From NCBI GenBank assembly GCA_038062955.1, contig JBBTWE010000001.1, positions 101,411 through 165,410 of the forward strand: 64,000 bases of DNA, read 5' to 3'. A program made the position numbers and the translations under genes. The stretch comes from Patescibacteria group bacterium (lineage in GTDB: Bacteria > Patescibacteriota > Minisyncoccia > Phycocordibacterales > BOKC01). Position 1 is the first letter of the stretch, and the number at the start of each line of letters is the position of its first letter. The notes under the pieces were generated by a model. It did not search any database. It saw nothing but the letters and a program-made list of their open reading frames with translations, and was not told the origin of the DNA. Below are positions 8,054-18,285 of the stretch, one piece after another.

Positions 8054-9268
8054 TTACTTTGTTTCTTCCTTTGCTTCCTCTTTTTTAGCGTTTGGATCAA
8101 TGAAAGATAGGGTCATTTTTTGATCTTTTGGTTCAAAAAGGGTGATTTTCAGATCGTAACTATTTCCAAGACTCAATTTCTCTCTTAGTTTGGCTTCATT
8201 GCCGAATTCAGATACGTGCACAAGTCCTGCGATTCCTTCTTCGATGCTGACAAGCGCGCCGTGTTTGTTGAATTTAATAACCACGCCTTTAACAGAATCT
8301 CCCTTCTTGTATCTTTTCTCAACATTGTTCCAAGGGTTTTCTTTTAGAGCTTTGATAGAGAGTGAAATCTTCTCTTCTTTAATTTCGATAATTTTAACTT
8401 CGATCTTGTCTCCTACTTTGTACATGCCTTTTGGGTTTTCCACGAGTCCCCAGTCCATTTCTGAAATATGAACTAATCCTTCAAGTCCTTCTTCGACTTT
8501 AACGAAGACACCAAAATCAACTACTCCGGTAACTTCTCCCATAACTTTGTCGCCAACAGAATATTTCTCAATAATTTTTGCTTTTTTCTTTAATTCAGGA
8601 TTCTTCTCGGAGAAAATCAATTTATTTTCTTTAGGAGTTGCAACAATAATAGAGACAGACAATTTTTGTCCCAATAATTTTCGAAGTTCTTCCAAAATTT
8701 TATCCTTATCGCCGTCTGCGACTCTTGGATAGTGTTCAGTGTTGAGTTGAGAAGCTGGTAAGAAACCAGTGATGCCTTGCCAGTTAAGCATAAGACCACC
8801 CTTATTGGCCTCGTGCGGAGAAAGCTCGAATACAGTTTTGTTTTTTATTGCTGTTTCTGCTTCACTCCAAACTTTTGCTTGACGAGCTTCTTTGAGTGAA
8901 ATTTCAAAGTAACCTTCTTTTTCTTCAATATCAATAATTTTTCCACTAACGCTGTCGCCCGGGCTAACATTTTTTATTATATCTTTTGCAACTGTATATT
9001 CTCGGCCGTAGATAATTCCGGTACCAAATGGCTGCATATCAACAAAAACAGTGCTTTTCTCTATTCTAAGAACTTTTCCCTCGATTAAATCTCCAACCAT
9101 AGGTGGAGGAGTCGCTTCATTCAATAATTTGCCCATTAAAGTTGGCTTTTCCAACTTCACCTCTTTTTCAGCTTCTTCTTTTGTGCTTTCAGTTTGCGTT
9201 TCTTTAATTTCTTCCTCCTTTTTTACTTTTTTTGTTTTTTTCAAATCTTGAGTTGTTTCTTTTACCAT
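8054..9268 (-). CDS. rpsA: 30S ribosomal protein S1
   Basis: Multiple S1 OB-fold repeats (GDKVMGEVTGVVDFGVFVKVEEGLEGLVHISE...); 404 aa. Confidence 0.85.
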   Translation of the reverse strand: MVKETTQDLKKTKKVKKEEEIKETQTESTKEEAEKEVKLEKPTLMGKLLNEATPPPMVGDLIEGKVLRIEKSTVFVDMQPFGTGIIYGREYTVAKDIIKNVSPGDSVSGKIIDIEEKEGYFEISLKEARQAKVWSEAETAIKNKTVFELSPHEANKGGLMLNWQGITGFLPASQLNTEHYPRVADGDKDKILEELRKLLGQKLSVSIIVATPKENKLIFSEKNPELKKKAKIIEKYSVGDKVMGEVTGVVDFGVFVKVEEGLEGLVHISEMDWGLVENPKGMYKVGDKIEVKIIEIKEEKISLSIKALKENPWNNVEKRYKKGDSVKGVVIKFNKHGALVSIEEGIAGLVHVSEFGNEAKLREKLSLGNSYDLKITLFEPKDQKMTLSFIDPNAKKEEAKEETK

Positions 9269-9504
9269 ACAAAGTCTGATTTAACAGGGGATTAATTAAT
9301 AAATGCTATGCCTTAAATTAAAACACCCATTTAAGGGCAGGCGAGTATTAGTATACGTATTTTGATTAAAATGTCTACTAGAGTAGTCCAAAGTTATGTA
9401 AAGTAAAAAACTAGACGGTATTTGACTTTTATTGGCTTTGGATGTATATTTTATATAGATAGCTCTTTTCCCATCTTACTATTTTCACAGGGTAGACAGA
9501 GAAC

Positions 9505-9687
9505 ATGACCATCCCAGACAAGGACAAGAAAGACAAGCATGTGAAGCTGGAGACGGACCAAGGAAGCCCAGTCTTTCAAGCTACGACACAGAAAGCAAAC
9601 GATCCACCCAAGAGTGATACCCATTCCTCCCCCAAAGTTGGGCGTGGTATCATGACCCCGGACGAGATGGCCGAGATCACGAGATAG
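9505..9687 (+). CDS. hypothetical small charged protein (GC-rich)
   Basis: 60-aa ORF with TTGACT-17bp-TATATT promoter at about 9422-9455 and a T-run hairpin at about 9715-9750. Weak resemblance of GRGIMTPDEMAEITR to KGG-type stress peptides. Confidence 0.3.
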   Translation: MTIPDKDKKDKHVKLETDQGSPVFQATTQKANDPPKSDTHSSPKVGRGIMTPDEMAEITR

Positions 9688-9841
9688 ATCTGGACCACAC
9701 TAGTGTCCCCACCCACCCTGCACAGTTTGACTGTTGCGGGGTGTTTTTTTATAAATATAATCATGAATCGTGTGTCTTGAATCTACTTTCGTGCTAGAAT
9801 AGTCGTAATTCTTTAATTAAAAACCTAGATTTTCCAATATT

Positions 9842-10477
9842 ATGGTTATTACTTACCACGGTTTAGAATTTTTTAAAGTGACTTTTGGCGACACAACGGT
9901 CGCTTTTAATCCGATTTCTAAATCTTCGAAATATAAATCAACTTCATTCGGCGCAGACATCGTTCTCTCTACTTTAAACGATGAAGATTTTAATGGCTCA
10001 AAAACTGCCGCAAGGGGAGATAAGGAACCATTTGTTATTTCTGGGCCCGGTGAATATGAATATAAAAATATTTTTATACAAGGGTATCCTTCTGAATCAA
10101 ATTATAAAAACAAAAAAAGAATAAATACTTTCTATAAGGTTTTACTTGAAGACACATCTCTGTGTTTTCTTGGGGCACTTAGCGGAGAGAAACTTACCGA
10201 TTACATGAAAGCCTTTGAAGGGGAAGTCGATGTGTTGTTTTTGCCAATCGGTGGTTCTGGAGTTTTAAATCCAGAAGAGGCTTATAAGCTCGCAGTCAGT
10301 TTAGAACCAAAAATCATTATTCCAATGCATTATGGTGAAGTTTCCGATAAAAATAGCCTAAAAACTTTTCTTAAAGAGTCTGGTAAAGAGAATTTAAAGA
10401 GCGTTGATAAATTGATGCTCAAAAAGAAAGATTTAATAGGTAAAGAAGGCGAAGTGGTTTTGTTGGCAGAAATTTAA
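9842..10477 (+). CDS. metallo-beta-lactamase-fold metal-dependent hydrolase
   Basis: MVITYHGLEFFKV N-terminus and C-terminal PMHYGE, typical of small MBL-fold (UPF0173-like) hydrolases. Confidence 0.65.
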   Translation: MVITYHGLEFFKVTFGDTTVAFNPISKSSKYKSTSFGADIVLSTLNDEDFNGSKTAARGDKEPFVISGPGEYEYKNIFIQGYPSESNYKNKKRINTFYKVLLEDTSLCFLGALSGEKLTDYMKAFEGEVDVLFLPIGGSGVLNPEEAYKLAVSLEPKIIIPMHYGEVSDKNSLKTFLKESGKENLKSVDKLMLKKKDLIGKEGEVVLLAEI

Positions 10478-10607
10478 TAAATCAATAATTTATTTTGTGA
10501 GTTTATTGGGAATAGAATTTTCAATTTTCAATGACCAATTTTCATTTGATAATTGGGGTTTGAATCTTGATTGATAATTGGACATTGGTAATTGATAATT
10601 TGATCTT

Positions 10608-10955
10608 TTGTATCATATGTTTGATTTTTTTGAGAGACTTCGAAAAAAAACAAGACGTGAGAGGCAAATTTTTGCTTTGGTCTCTTCCTTGAGTGTTACC
10701 TTATTTATTTTTGGTCTCTGGGCTTTTTTGACGCTTCCAGAAAATTTAAGCAGTGTAACGGAAGAGAAGAAAAGTTCGGTAACCCCGATTGCTAATATAA
10801 AGAAAGGATTTGAGGGGGCATTTAAGTCGATTTCAAAAGAATTTTCTGATTTAAAAGAGAAATTATCGTCTTCTTTTGACCAAGAATTTGTTGCCCCAGA
10901 CACAGAAAAAAAAGACTTCAAAAACACTGTGGAAAATGATAAGCTAGAGAACTAA
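10608..10955 (+). CDS. hypothetical membrane protein
   Basis: 115 aa, single TM after basic N-terminus. Confidence 0.4.
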   Translation: MYHMFDFFERLRKKTRRERQIFALVSSLSVTLFIFGLWAFLTLPENLSSVTEEKKSSVTPIANIKKGFEGAFKSISKEFSDLKEKLSSSFDQEFVAPDTEKKDFKNTVENDKLEN

Positions 10956-10979
10956 GTTCTGAAGAAACTACCCAAATAT

Positions 10980-13436
10980 ATGCCAAAAAATAAAGACGAA
11001 GATAAACAAGTTGTCCGCGGAAGCAGCATAATTGCAAGAGATATAGTCTCCGAAATGAAGGAGTCTTATTTGGATTACGCGATGTCTGTCATCGCTTCCC
11101 GAGCCCTGCCGGATGTGCGTGACGGTCTTAAACCTGTGCACAGAAGAATTCTTTTTTCTATGCATGAAATTGGTCTCACCTCGAGCGCCAAAACCAGAAA
11201 ATGCGCCAAAATCACTGGAGACGTTACTGGTAATTATCATCCGCACGGAAGTGTTGCTGTTTATGAAGCGTTGGTAAAAATGGCCCAGGATTTTTCCATG
11301 AGATATCCCCTCGTTATTGGACAAGGAAATTTCGGATCAATCGACGGAGATAATGCGGCGGCAGAAAGGTATACAGAAGCAAAAATGTCCAAGGTGGCAA
11401 GCGAACTTCTCCGAGATCTTGATAAAGACACTGTGGGATGGAGACCTAATTACGAAGCTACCAGAGAAGAGCCAGTTGTTCTTCCAACCGCTGTTCCAAA
11501 TCTGCTTTTAAACGGTACTTTGGGAATTGCTGTCGGAATGGCAACTAATATTCCACCGCACAACTTGCGAGAAGTGACTGAAGCCGCTTCATATTTGATT
11601 GATAATAAAGAAGCTACGACCGAAGATTTGCTTAAATTTGTTAAAGGCCCAGATTTTCCTACTGGCGGAATAGCTTTTAACGACAAAGATATTCATCATG
11701 CTTATGCAACAGGTCGTGGCGGAGTAGTGGTGCGAGGCGAGGCAGAAATTGTTGAAAATAAAGCAGGACAATCACAGATTATTATTTCTTCCATTCCTTA
11801 TCGCGTTAATAAGTCGGATTTAATAGTCAAAATTGCTGATCTGGTCAGAGATAAAAAAATCGAGGGCATAAAAGGTCTTCGCGACGAATCGACCAAAGAC
11901 ATACGGGTTGTTATCGATCTTAAAACATCGGCCTATCCGGAAAATGTTCTGAATTATCTTTACAAACATACTCCTCTCGAGGAAACTTTTCATTACAATA
12001 CTGTTGCTCTGGTTGATGGCGCGCCACAAACACTTTCTCTAAAGGGATTGCTTGAAGAGTTCATCAAACATCGAAAAATAATTGTTCGCCGCAGGACAGA
12101 ATTTGATCTCCGAAAAGCGGAAGAAAGAGAACATATCTTGCTAGGCCTCAAAAAGGCTCTTGACCATATTGATAAGATCATAAAACTCATTAGAGCGGCT
12201 AAAGATGTTCAAGCGGCTAAAGCGAGTTTAATAAAAGAATTCAAATTCTCTGATATTCAAGCTACTGCTATTTTGGAAATGAAACTCCAAAAGTTGGCAG
12301 GTTTGGAACGCCAGAAAGTTGAAGATGATTTGCGTGACACCCAAAGCTTGATCAAAAAACTAAAAATCATTCTTGGAAGTCCAAAGATGATTTTAGATAT
12401 TATCAAAACAGAACTTCAAGAAATTGCCGCAAAATATGGTGATGATAGAAGAACAAAAATCATAAAAGGCGGAGTTAAAAACATGTCTCTTGAGGATTTA
12501 ATTCCGAATGAAGAGAATGCTCTTGTTCTAACTGCCGGCGGATACATCAAAAGGACAAAGCCTGATGAATTTAAAAAACAAAAAAGAGGGGGAGTAGGTG
12601 TTGTTGATTTGGATACTAAGGAAGAAGATTTTGTGACGAATCTACTCCGAGCAAATACTCACAGTGATATTCTTTTCTTTACTGATAAGGGTAAGGTCTA
12701 TCAGACCAAGATGTACGAATTGCCGGAAGGGAAGAGGGCAACTCGTGGTAAATCAATCATGAATTTTATTGCTCTCGCCGCGACTGACAAAATCACATCT
12801 ATTTTACCAGTGGAAGGATCTGCGATTGATCCAAACATGTCGGTTTTGATGATTACTCAAAATGGTATTGGGAAAAGAGTTAAAGCGGGAAGCTTCCAAG
12901 ACGTGAGACGAAGCGGAATTTTGGCTATAAACTTAAGCGAGGGTGATAGTCTGGTTTCGGTTGAACTCATAAGTCCAAAAGATGAAGCGGTGGTTGTAAC
13001 GGAGGGTGGACAGTCAATTCGATTTAAAGCGGGGGATCTGCGTGATATGGGACGTATTGCAGGCGGAGTTCGAGCAATAAAACTTTCTAAAGGAGATAAG
13101 GTAATCAGTGCTCAAGTTATAAAGAAAGAATACGAAAATCCTGAACTTTTGGTTATAAGCAGTAATGGTTATGGTAAGAAATCCCTGTTAAAAGAATATA
13201 AAAATCAAAAAAGAGGAGGTACTGGAATAAAAACCGCAAAGGTAACAGAAAAAACTGGCAATTTAATTTCAGCTAAGGTTATCAGTGATGAGGAAGAAAT
13301 TGTGGCAATTTCTCAAAAAAGTCAGGTGATAAGGGTGTCTTTGAGCGAAATTCCAGTTTTGGGACGTCAAACTCAAGGAGTCAGAATCATGAAGCTTAGA
13401 GAGAAAGATAAGATAGCCTCTTTGGTTTGCCTCTAG
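10980..13436 (+). CDS. gyrA: DNA gyrase subunit A
   Basis: Active-site region [26 protein letters not shown], GyrA box, C-terminal beta-pinwheel repeats; 818 aa. Confidence 0.95.
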   Translation: MPKNKDEDKQVVRGSSIIARDIVSEMKESYLDYAMSVIASRALPDVRDGLKPVHRRILFSMHEIGLTSSAKTRKCAKITGDVTGNYHPHGSVAVYEALVKMAQDFSMRYPLVIGQGNFGSIDGDNAAAERYTEAKMSKVASELLRDLDKDTVGWRPNYEATREEPVVLPTAVPNLLLNGTLGIAVGMATNIPPHNLREVTEAASYLIDNKEATTEDLLKFVKGPDFPTGGIAFNDKDIHHAYATGRGGVVVRGEAEIVENKAGQSQIIISSIPYRVNKSDLIVKIADLVRDKKIEGIKGLRDESTKDIRVVIDLKTSAYPENVLNYLYKHTPLEETFHYNTVALVDGAPQTLSLKGLLEEFIKHRKIIVRRRTEFDLRKAEEREHILLGLKKALDHIDKIIKLIRAAKDVQAAKASLIKEFKFSDIQATAILEMKLQKLAGLERQKVEDDLRDTQSLIKKLKIILGSPKMILDIIKTELQEIAAKYGDDRRTKIIKGGVKNMSLEDLIPNEENALVLTAGGYIKRTKPDEFKKQKRGGVGVVDLDTKEEDFVTNLLRANTHSDILFFTDKGKVYQTKMYELPEGKRATRGKSIMNFIALAATDKITSILPVEGSAIDPNMSVLMITQNGIGKRVKAGSFQDVRRSGILAINLSEGDSLVSVELISPKDEAVVVTEGGQSIRFKAGDLRDMGRIAGGVRAIKLSKGDKVISAQVIKKEYENPELLVISSNGYGKKSLLKEYKNQKRGGTGIKTAKVTEKTGNLISAKVISDEEEIVAISQKSQVIRVSLSEIPVLGRQTQGVRIMKLREKDKIASLVCL

Positions 13437-13514
13437 TAAACAAATAAGAAATAGTCTGTTCTTATGCCCAGACAGCTCTTTGCTGTATTGTAAATACATC
13501 TTATAATAGAAGGC

Positions 13515-14048
13515 ATGTTCACTAACCCTCAAAAAAATGTAGAACGATTTGAAATCATGCCTGGATATAAAGTGGCTGATTTGGGATCCGGTGCTGGTTT
13601 CTATGTCTTGAGCGCGGCTCGGTTGGTTGGTGATAGCGGTAGGGTTTACGCAGTAGATATTCAGAAAGAACTTTTATCAAAAACTAAAACAGACGCGACA
13701 AGCAAACATCTCACGAATGTGGAGGTGATTTGGGGCGATGTGGAAAAAATCGGAGGCACCAGACTCGCTGATTCTTCTATAGACACAGTTATTGCTTCAA
13801 ATATTTTATTTCAATTAGAAGACAAAGATTCATTTATAAAAGAAGTGAATAGAATCTTGAAACCAAAAAAGGGCAAAGCATATATCATCGATTGGGCTGA
13901 TTCTTTTGGTGGATTAGGTCCAGAAAATTCAGCTGTTGTAAGTCTCGCCTCTTCCAAAGAGATGTTTTTAAAAAATGGTTTTGAAGTTTATAAAGAATTA
14001 AAAGATGTTGGCGACCATCATTATGGGATTTCGTTTAAGAAAATTTAA
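13515..14048 (+). CDS. class I SAM-dependent methyltransferase
   Basis: Motif I VADLGSGAGFY; 177 aa. Confidence 0.75.
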   Translation: MFTNPQKNVERFEIMPGYKVADLGSGAGFYVLSAARLVGDSGRVYAVDIQKELLSKTKTDATSKHLTNVEVIWGDVEKIGGTRLADSSIDTVIASNILFQLEDKDSFIKEVNRILKPKKGKAYIIDWADSFGGLGPENSAVVSLASSKEMFLKNGFEVYKELKDVGDHHYGISFKKI

Positions 14049-14053
14049 TGAAT

Positions 14054-14191
14054 CCCGTAGTAGAAAATGACATAACTCTTGTTTGTGAGAAATAATATCT
14101 TAGAAACAAGATTAAATCTGTATTATAATATAAGTGGTATTACAAATTAACCTAAAAATGGCGAGCAAATGATGTCATTTTTCACTACGGG
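14054..14191. repeat. MITE-like element, family R4 (20-bp terminal inverted repeats CCCGTAGTAGAAAATGACAT / ATGTCATTTTTCACTACGGG)
   Basis: Direct read; right end fused to ATG of next gene (CACTACGGG-ATG). Confidence 0.75.
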
Positions 14192-15487
14192 ATGAAAAAT
14201 ATCTCTAAATTTCAAATCGCAGTTCTAGGAATTTTTGGAGTTTTTATTATAGTGGGTATTTTAATTTTTGCGCTCGGAAAGACTGGAGGCGGAGGTTCCG
14301 TGGTCCCTCTTTTGGTTTGGGGAACAATGCCAAACACAGAGTTTTCAGAAGTTATTTCCAAGACTGGTCTAGATAAAAATGAAACCTTAAAAATAGATTA
14401 CGTTCAAAAAAGTAAGGACAATTTTGACATCGAATTCTTGGAGGCTCTGGCAAGCGGGATTGGCCCAGACTTGTTTTTTCTTAGTTCCGATTCTCTTTTA
14501 AAATATAAAGATCGAGTATTTGTTGTGCCATTTAGCAGTTTTTCGGAGGGGGATTTTACAAAATCTTTTATAGAAGGAGCAGAAGTTTTTCTTGTGGACG
14601 AGGGAGTCTCTGGTTTTCCTGTTTTGGTTGATCCTCTCGTGATGTATTGGAATAGAGACATTTTTAATTCAGAAGGTTTGGTCGCGCCGCCTCGTTTTTG
14701 GGATGAGATTTATAATTTAGCCACTAACCTCACTCACAGAGACTCTTCCTCTGAATTAACAAGAAGCGGTGTGGCTTTGGGTGAATACGGAAACGTGAGC
14801 AATGCCTTTGAAATTCTAAGCACTCTCATAATGCAAGCTGGAAACCCGATTACCAAACGAGTTTCAGGAGGAGTGCAAGTTGTGTTAAACCAAAAATTCA
14901 ATTTACCAACTTCACCAGCAGAACAATCTTTAAGTTTCTATACAGGATTTTCTAATTCAGATAAAACTTTTTATTCATGGAACCGATCTTTGCCTCGTTC
15001 AAGAGATTATTTCTTGTCCGGAGATTTGGGTGTTTATTTTGGTTTAGCTTCAGAACTTTTCGAATTGCGGGATAAAAATCCAAATTTGAACTTTGATGTT
15101 GCGATGATTCCACAAACAAAAGAAGTCGGTAAATCCGTTGTTTATGGCAGGGTAGAGGCTATAATGATAAACAAACAATCGCGCAATATCCCTTCAGCCT
15201 TTCTTCTAGCTAGAGCGCTTTCAGGTGATTTCGCAGTTTCGGCTTTAAGTAAAATCAAGTCTTTGCCCGGGACTCGCAGAGATTTGCTTTCCGAGAAGCC
15301 GGAACGGGCTTATATGGAAGTATTTTTTGCGAGCGCAATTATAGCTAAGCCTTGGCTAAGCCCTGATATGTCCGCAACCCGACTCATATTTAAAGATATG
15401 ATAGAATCTGTTACAGGAGGCAGAGCGCGCACAAGCGAAGCAGTGAACCGAGCTTATGTTGAATTAAACTCACTTTTAAGTTTTTAG
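14192..15487 (+). CDS. membrane-anchored extracellular solute-binding protein (ABC SBP family 1-like)
   Basis: N-terminal TM, then LLVWGTMP..., ASGIGPDLFF, VLVDPLVMYWNRDIF pattern typical of sugar-type SBPs; no permease adjacent. Confidence 0.55.
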   Translation: MKNISKFQIAVLGIFGVFIIVGILIFALGKTGGGGSVVPLLVWGTMPNTEFSEVISKTGLDKNETLKIDYVQKSKDNFDIEFLEALASGIGPDLFFLSSDSLLKYKDRVFVVPFSSFSEGDFTKSFIEGAEVFLVDEGVSGFPVLVDPLVMYWNRDIFNSEGLVAPPRFWDEIYNLATNLTHRDSSSELTRSGVALGEYGNVSNAFEILSTLIMQAGNPITKRVSGGVQVVLNQKFNLPTSPAEQSLSFYTGFSNSDKTFYSWNRSLPRSRDYFLSGDLGVYFGLASELFELRDKNPNLNFDVAMIPQTKEVGKSVVYGRVEAIMINKQSRNIPSAFLLARALSGDFAVSALSKIKSLPGTRRDLLSEKPERAYMEVFFASAIIAKPWLSPDMSATRLIFKDMIESVTGGRARTSEAVNRAYVELNSLLSF

Positions 15488-15494
15488 TTGGAAT

Positions 15495-15899
15495 ATGTAT
15501 TTATTACATAAAGAACACTATAAAATTATCACTGGCTTTTTTTTGTTGGCCATAATTTTTCTTTTACCACAATTATTATTCGCTCAAAGTCCAAGGGACA
15601 CTGGTTTATTGCCAGATTGCGGAGCAAATTGTGATTTCAACCATTTAATGGAACTGGCGAATAATATAATGCGTTTTATCATTATGGTTTCTATTCCGCT
15701 TACTGCCATCATTTTTTCTTATGCAGGCTTCCTTTATATAACGGCCGCTGGAAATGAGAGCCAAATCCATCATGCTCATGATATTTTTATAAAAGTTGCA
15801 ATCGGTTTCTTTTTTATTTTAGCCGCATGGCTTATTGTTTATCTCATTACCTCGACTTTGTTGGATCCAACATACACAACTATTTTGCAGAGTCGTTAA
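15495..15899 (+). CDS. VirB2/TrbC-pilin-like small membrane protein, paralog 1
   Basis: Signal peptide ending FAQSPRD, then two hydrophobic helices around a short loop; 134 aa. Confidence 0.5.
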   Translation: MYLLHKEHYKIITGFFLLAIIFLLPQLLFAQSPRDTGLLPDCGANCDFNHLMELANNIMRFIIMVSIPLTAIIFSYAGFLYITAAGNESQIHHAHDIFIKVAIGFFFILAAWLIVYLITSTLLDPTYTTILQSR

Positions 15900-15920
15900 A
15901 ATTTTAATCAAGACAAAAAA

Positions 15921-16334
15921 ATGATTACTTTCAAAAAAATTAAATCCTTTCCTTTCCTTTTTTCTTTTCTGATGTTGAGTTTTTTAATAATTATTCCGTT
16001 TGTGACCGTTTCTGCTCAAAGTCCAAGAGATCCTTGTCCTCCGGGAATAATTTGCTCTCCTTATCCACAGGATTTTACAATCGTATCTTTTCTAAACTTC
16101 ATCTTGGAAAATATTGTCTTACCAATTGGAGGTGTAATCGCTGTATTATTTTTGGTCTACGCTGGATTCCTTTTTGTGACTGCAAGGGGTAATGAAGAAC
16201 AACTCGAGCATGCCAAATCTACTTTAAAGTGGACAATTATAGGAATCGCTATTCTTTTTGGGTCTCTAGTAATTTCAAATGGCATAAAGGATACTATTTG
16301 CCAAATTGCAAATATTCCTAGTTTTTGTAGATGA
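15921..16334 (+). CDS. VirB2/TrbC-pilin-like small membrane protein, paralog 2
   Basis: Signal peptide ending SAQSPRD (same motif as paralog 1), two helices; 137 aa. Confidence 0.5.
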   Translation: MITFKKIKSFPFLFSFLMLSFLIIIPFVTVSAQSPRDPCPPGIICSPYPQDFTIVSFLNFILENIVLPIGGVIAVLFLVYAGFLFVTARGNEEQLEHAKSTLKWTIIGIAILFGSLVISNGIKDTICQIANIPSFCR

Positions 16335-16354
16335 TAATGGCTTTAAAATAACAA

Positions 16355-16750
16355 ATGACCAAAACAAAAAAAATAATCAGTTTGGTGTTTAAAATGAAAG
16401 GTCTTCTAGCACACGCCATGGTTTTTATATTTCCTCTTTTTGCGATGGCCCAACTTTCTCCTGGAACTCCCAGATCCCCATCAGATTTTGGAGATTTTAT
16501 AAGCATGATTTTGGGATTCATTTCCTATTTGATTCCCCTTCTTATAGCTATCGGACTCTTGGTATTTCTTTGGGGAATGGCTAAATTTATTTTACACGCC
16601 GAAGAAGACGAAAAAAGGGAAGAGGGTCGGCAGTTAATGATGTGGGGGGCAATTGGTCTTTTTGTCATGGTTTCTTTTTGGGGTCTAACGAAGATTCTGC
16701 TCGGAACTTTTGGCTTTGAATTCAGGTTTCCTAGATTGCGAACAAGTTAA
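16355..16750 (+). CDS. VirB2/TrbC-pilin-like small membrane protein, paralog 3
   Basis: Signal peptide ...AMAQLSPGTPRSPSD; core FLWGMAKFILHAEEDEKREEGRQLMMWGAIGLFVMV. Confidence 0.55.
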   Translation: MTKTKKIISLVFKMKGLLAHAMVFIFPLFAMAQLSPGTPRSPSDFGDFISMILGFISYLIPLLIAIGLLVFLWGMAKFILHAEEDEKREEGRQLMMWGAIGLFVMVSFWGLTKILLGTFGFEFRFPRLRTS

Positions 16751-16754
16751 AATA

Positions 16755-17108
16755 ATGAAAAACTTTCTAAAAGCAACCCAATACTTTATTTTTTCCATGC
16801 TGTTTTTCCCTATGCTGGTTGGAGCGCAGTCAGGCGGAATTACCAGTTTACAACGTCTACTTCAAGTTGGAATGAGTTACATTTCTGTTCTTACAAGAAT
16901 AGTTGTGATTTTTGGTATCATATTTTTCTTTTGGGGTATGGCTTTATTTATTCTGCACGCTGAAGAAGAAGATAAAGAAGAAGATAAAAAAAAGATGCTC
17001 TGGAGCATCATTGCGATAACTGTAATGTTTGCTATCTGGGGCATTATAAAATTTTTTCAAATAGCTTTTTTCGGTAGCATATTCCCAGGTGCTCCGTCAG
17101 GCCTTTAA
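16755..17108 (+). CDS. VirB2/TrbC-pilin-like small membrane protein, paralog 4
   Basis: Start trimmed to MKNFLK; core FFWGMALFILHAEEEDKEEDKKKMLWSIIAITVMF. Confidence 0.55.
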   Translation: MKNFLKATQYFIFSMLFFPMLVGAQSGGITSLQRLLQVGMSYISVLTRIVVIFGIIFFFWGMALFILHAEEEDKEEDKKKMLWSIIAITVMFAIWGIIKFFQIAFFGSIFPGAPSGL

Positions 17109-17125
17109 TTAAATAAAAAAATATT

Positions 17126-17446
17126 ATGAATGGTCCTTTACCTGATGTTGGTTATGTATCACTACTTAATTTTGAGGAATTTCTTGGAAATTTAGTTCCA
17201 GTAATTTTTGTTTTGGCCTTTGTCTTTTTTTTGTGGGGATTAGCTAAATTTATCCTTCATTCAGGAGAAGAAGAAGCAAAAGAAGAAGGAAAGAGAATTA
17301 TGTTTTGGGGTATCGTAGGCCTAGTCATTATGTTTGGAATTTGGGGGATAGTATATTTTTTACTTGATGTATTGTTTGGATCCGGCCCCTTCCAAGGTTC
17401 TAATCAAACTATTGAGATTCCTAATTTTCCCACACGAGTACCTTAA
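17126..17446 (+). CDS. VirB2/TrbC-pilin-like small membrane protein, paralog 5 (no signal peptide)
   Basis: Core FFLWGLAKFILHSGEEEAKEEGKRIMFWGIVGLVIMF, but the N-terminus is a short hydrophilic stretch followed directly by helix 1 rather than a signal peptide. Confidence 0.55.
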   Translation: MNGPLPDVGYVSLLNFEEFLGNLVPVIFVLAFVFFLWGLAKFILHSGEEEAKEEGKRIMFWGIVGLVIMFGIWGIVYFLLDVLFGSGPFQGSNQTIEIPNFPTRVP

Positions 17447-17615
17447 AAATTAAAAACCAGTGACTTGTAACAAGTAACTTGTGACTGATTGGTTGGTTTC
17501 TTTATGCACAGGAGAAACATTGATTATTTAACGTTTACGTAGTATCATTTTGATTATTAAATATAAGGTCGCATTATAAGTTTATAAAGCATTATTATTA
17601 AAAAATAACTAAATT

Positions 17616-17978
17616 ATGAGTAAAAGATTTGTATTTTTATCAAGCGCGCTAGCTTTGGTTGCCACATCGCCATTTTTTGCTTCGGCCCAATTAAATTTTG
17701 GAACATTAACAACCACTCTAGACCGTTTCAAGGATGTTCTTGGCACACTAACAACAGTTATCATAGCTTTGGCTTTGATATTCTTTTTCTGGGGTCTTGC
17801 AAAATTTATTCTTGCTGCTGGTGAAGAAGAAGCAAAAGAAGAAGGAAAGAGAATTATGTTTTGGGGTATTCTTGCTTTCGTTATAATGATCGGTATTTGG
17901 GGAATTGTTAATTTCCTTATAGGCGCCTTCGGTATAACAGGTACTACAGCTCCTAATCTCCCTCAAGTTCCAAGATAA
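17616..17978 (+). CDS. VirB2/TrbC-pilin-like small membrane protein, paralog 6
   Basis: Signal peptide ...FFASAQLNFG; core FFFWGLAKFILAAGEEEAKEEGKRIMFWGILAFVIM. A 45-nt stretch is identical to paralog 5 DNA. Confidence 0.55.
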   Translation: MSKRFVFLSSALALVATSPFFASAQLNFGTLTTTLDRFKDVLGTLTTVIIALALIFFFWGLAKFILAAGEEEAKEEGKRIMFWGILAFVIMIGIWGIVNFLIGAFGITGTTAPNLPQVPR

Positions 17979-17999
17979 TATAATTTACGATAAATCTAA

Positions 18000-18260
18000 G
18001 TGTTGCCAATAATCTACAAGATAAACGAGTTTATAGTGAACCCTATTATCTATCTTATGATAGGGGTGTCTGTGGTCGTTTTTCTGTGGGGGATTGTTGA
18101 GTTTATCGCCAAGTTCGATAGTGAAGAAGTTAAAGAACGTGGTAAAAGAAATATGTTTTGGGGTCTTATCGGAATGTTTATAATGTTTGGAGTTTTCGGA
18201 ATCATCAGGCTAATTTTAGGAACATTTGCTATCACTCCGATCGAACTCCTGACCCAATAG
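18000..18260 (+). CDS. VirB2/TrbC-pilin-like small membrane protein, paralog 7 (short, no signal peptide)
   Basis: Core VFLWGIVEFIAKFDSEEVKERGKRNMFWGLIGMFIMF; 86 aa. Confidence 0.5.
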   Translation: MLPIIYKINEFIVNPIIYLMIGVSVVVFLWGIVEFIAKFDSEEVKERGKRNMFWGLIGMFIMFGVFGIIRLILGTFAITPIELLTQ

Positions 18261-18285
18261 AACTAAAAAATTGAAATTAAAATTA

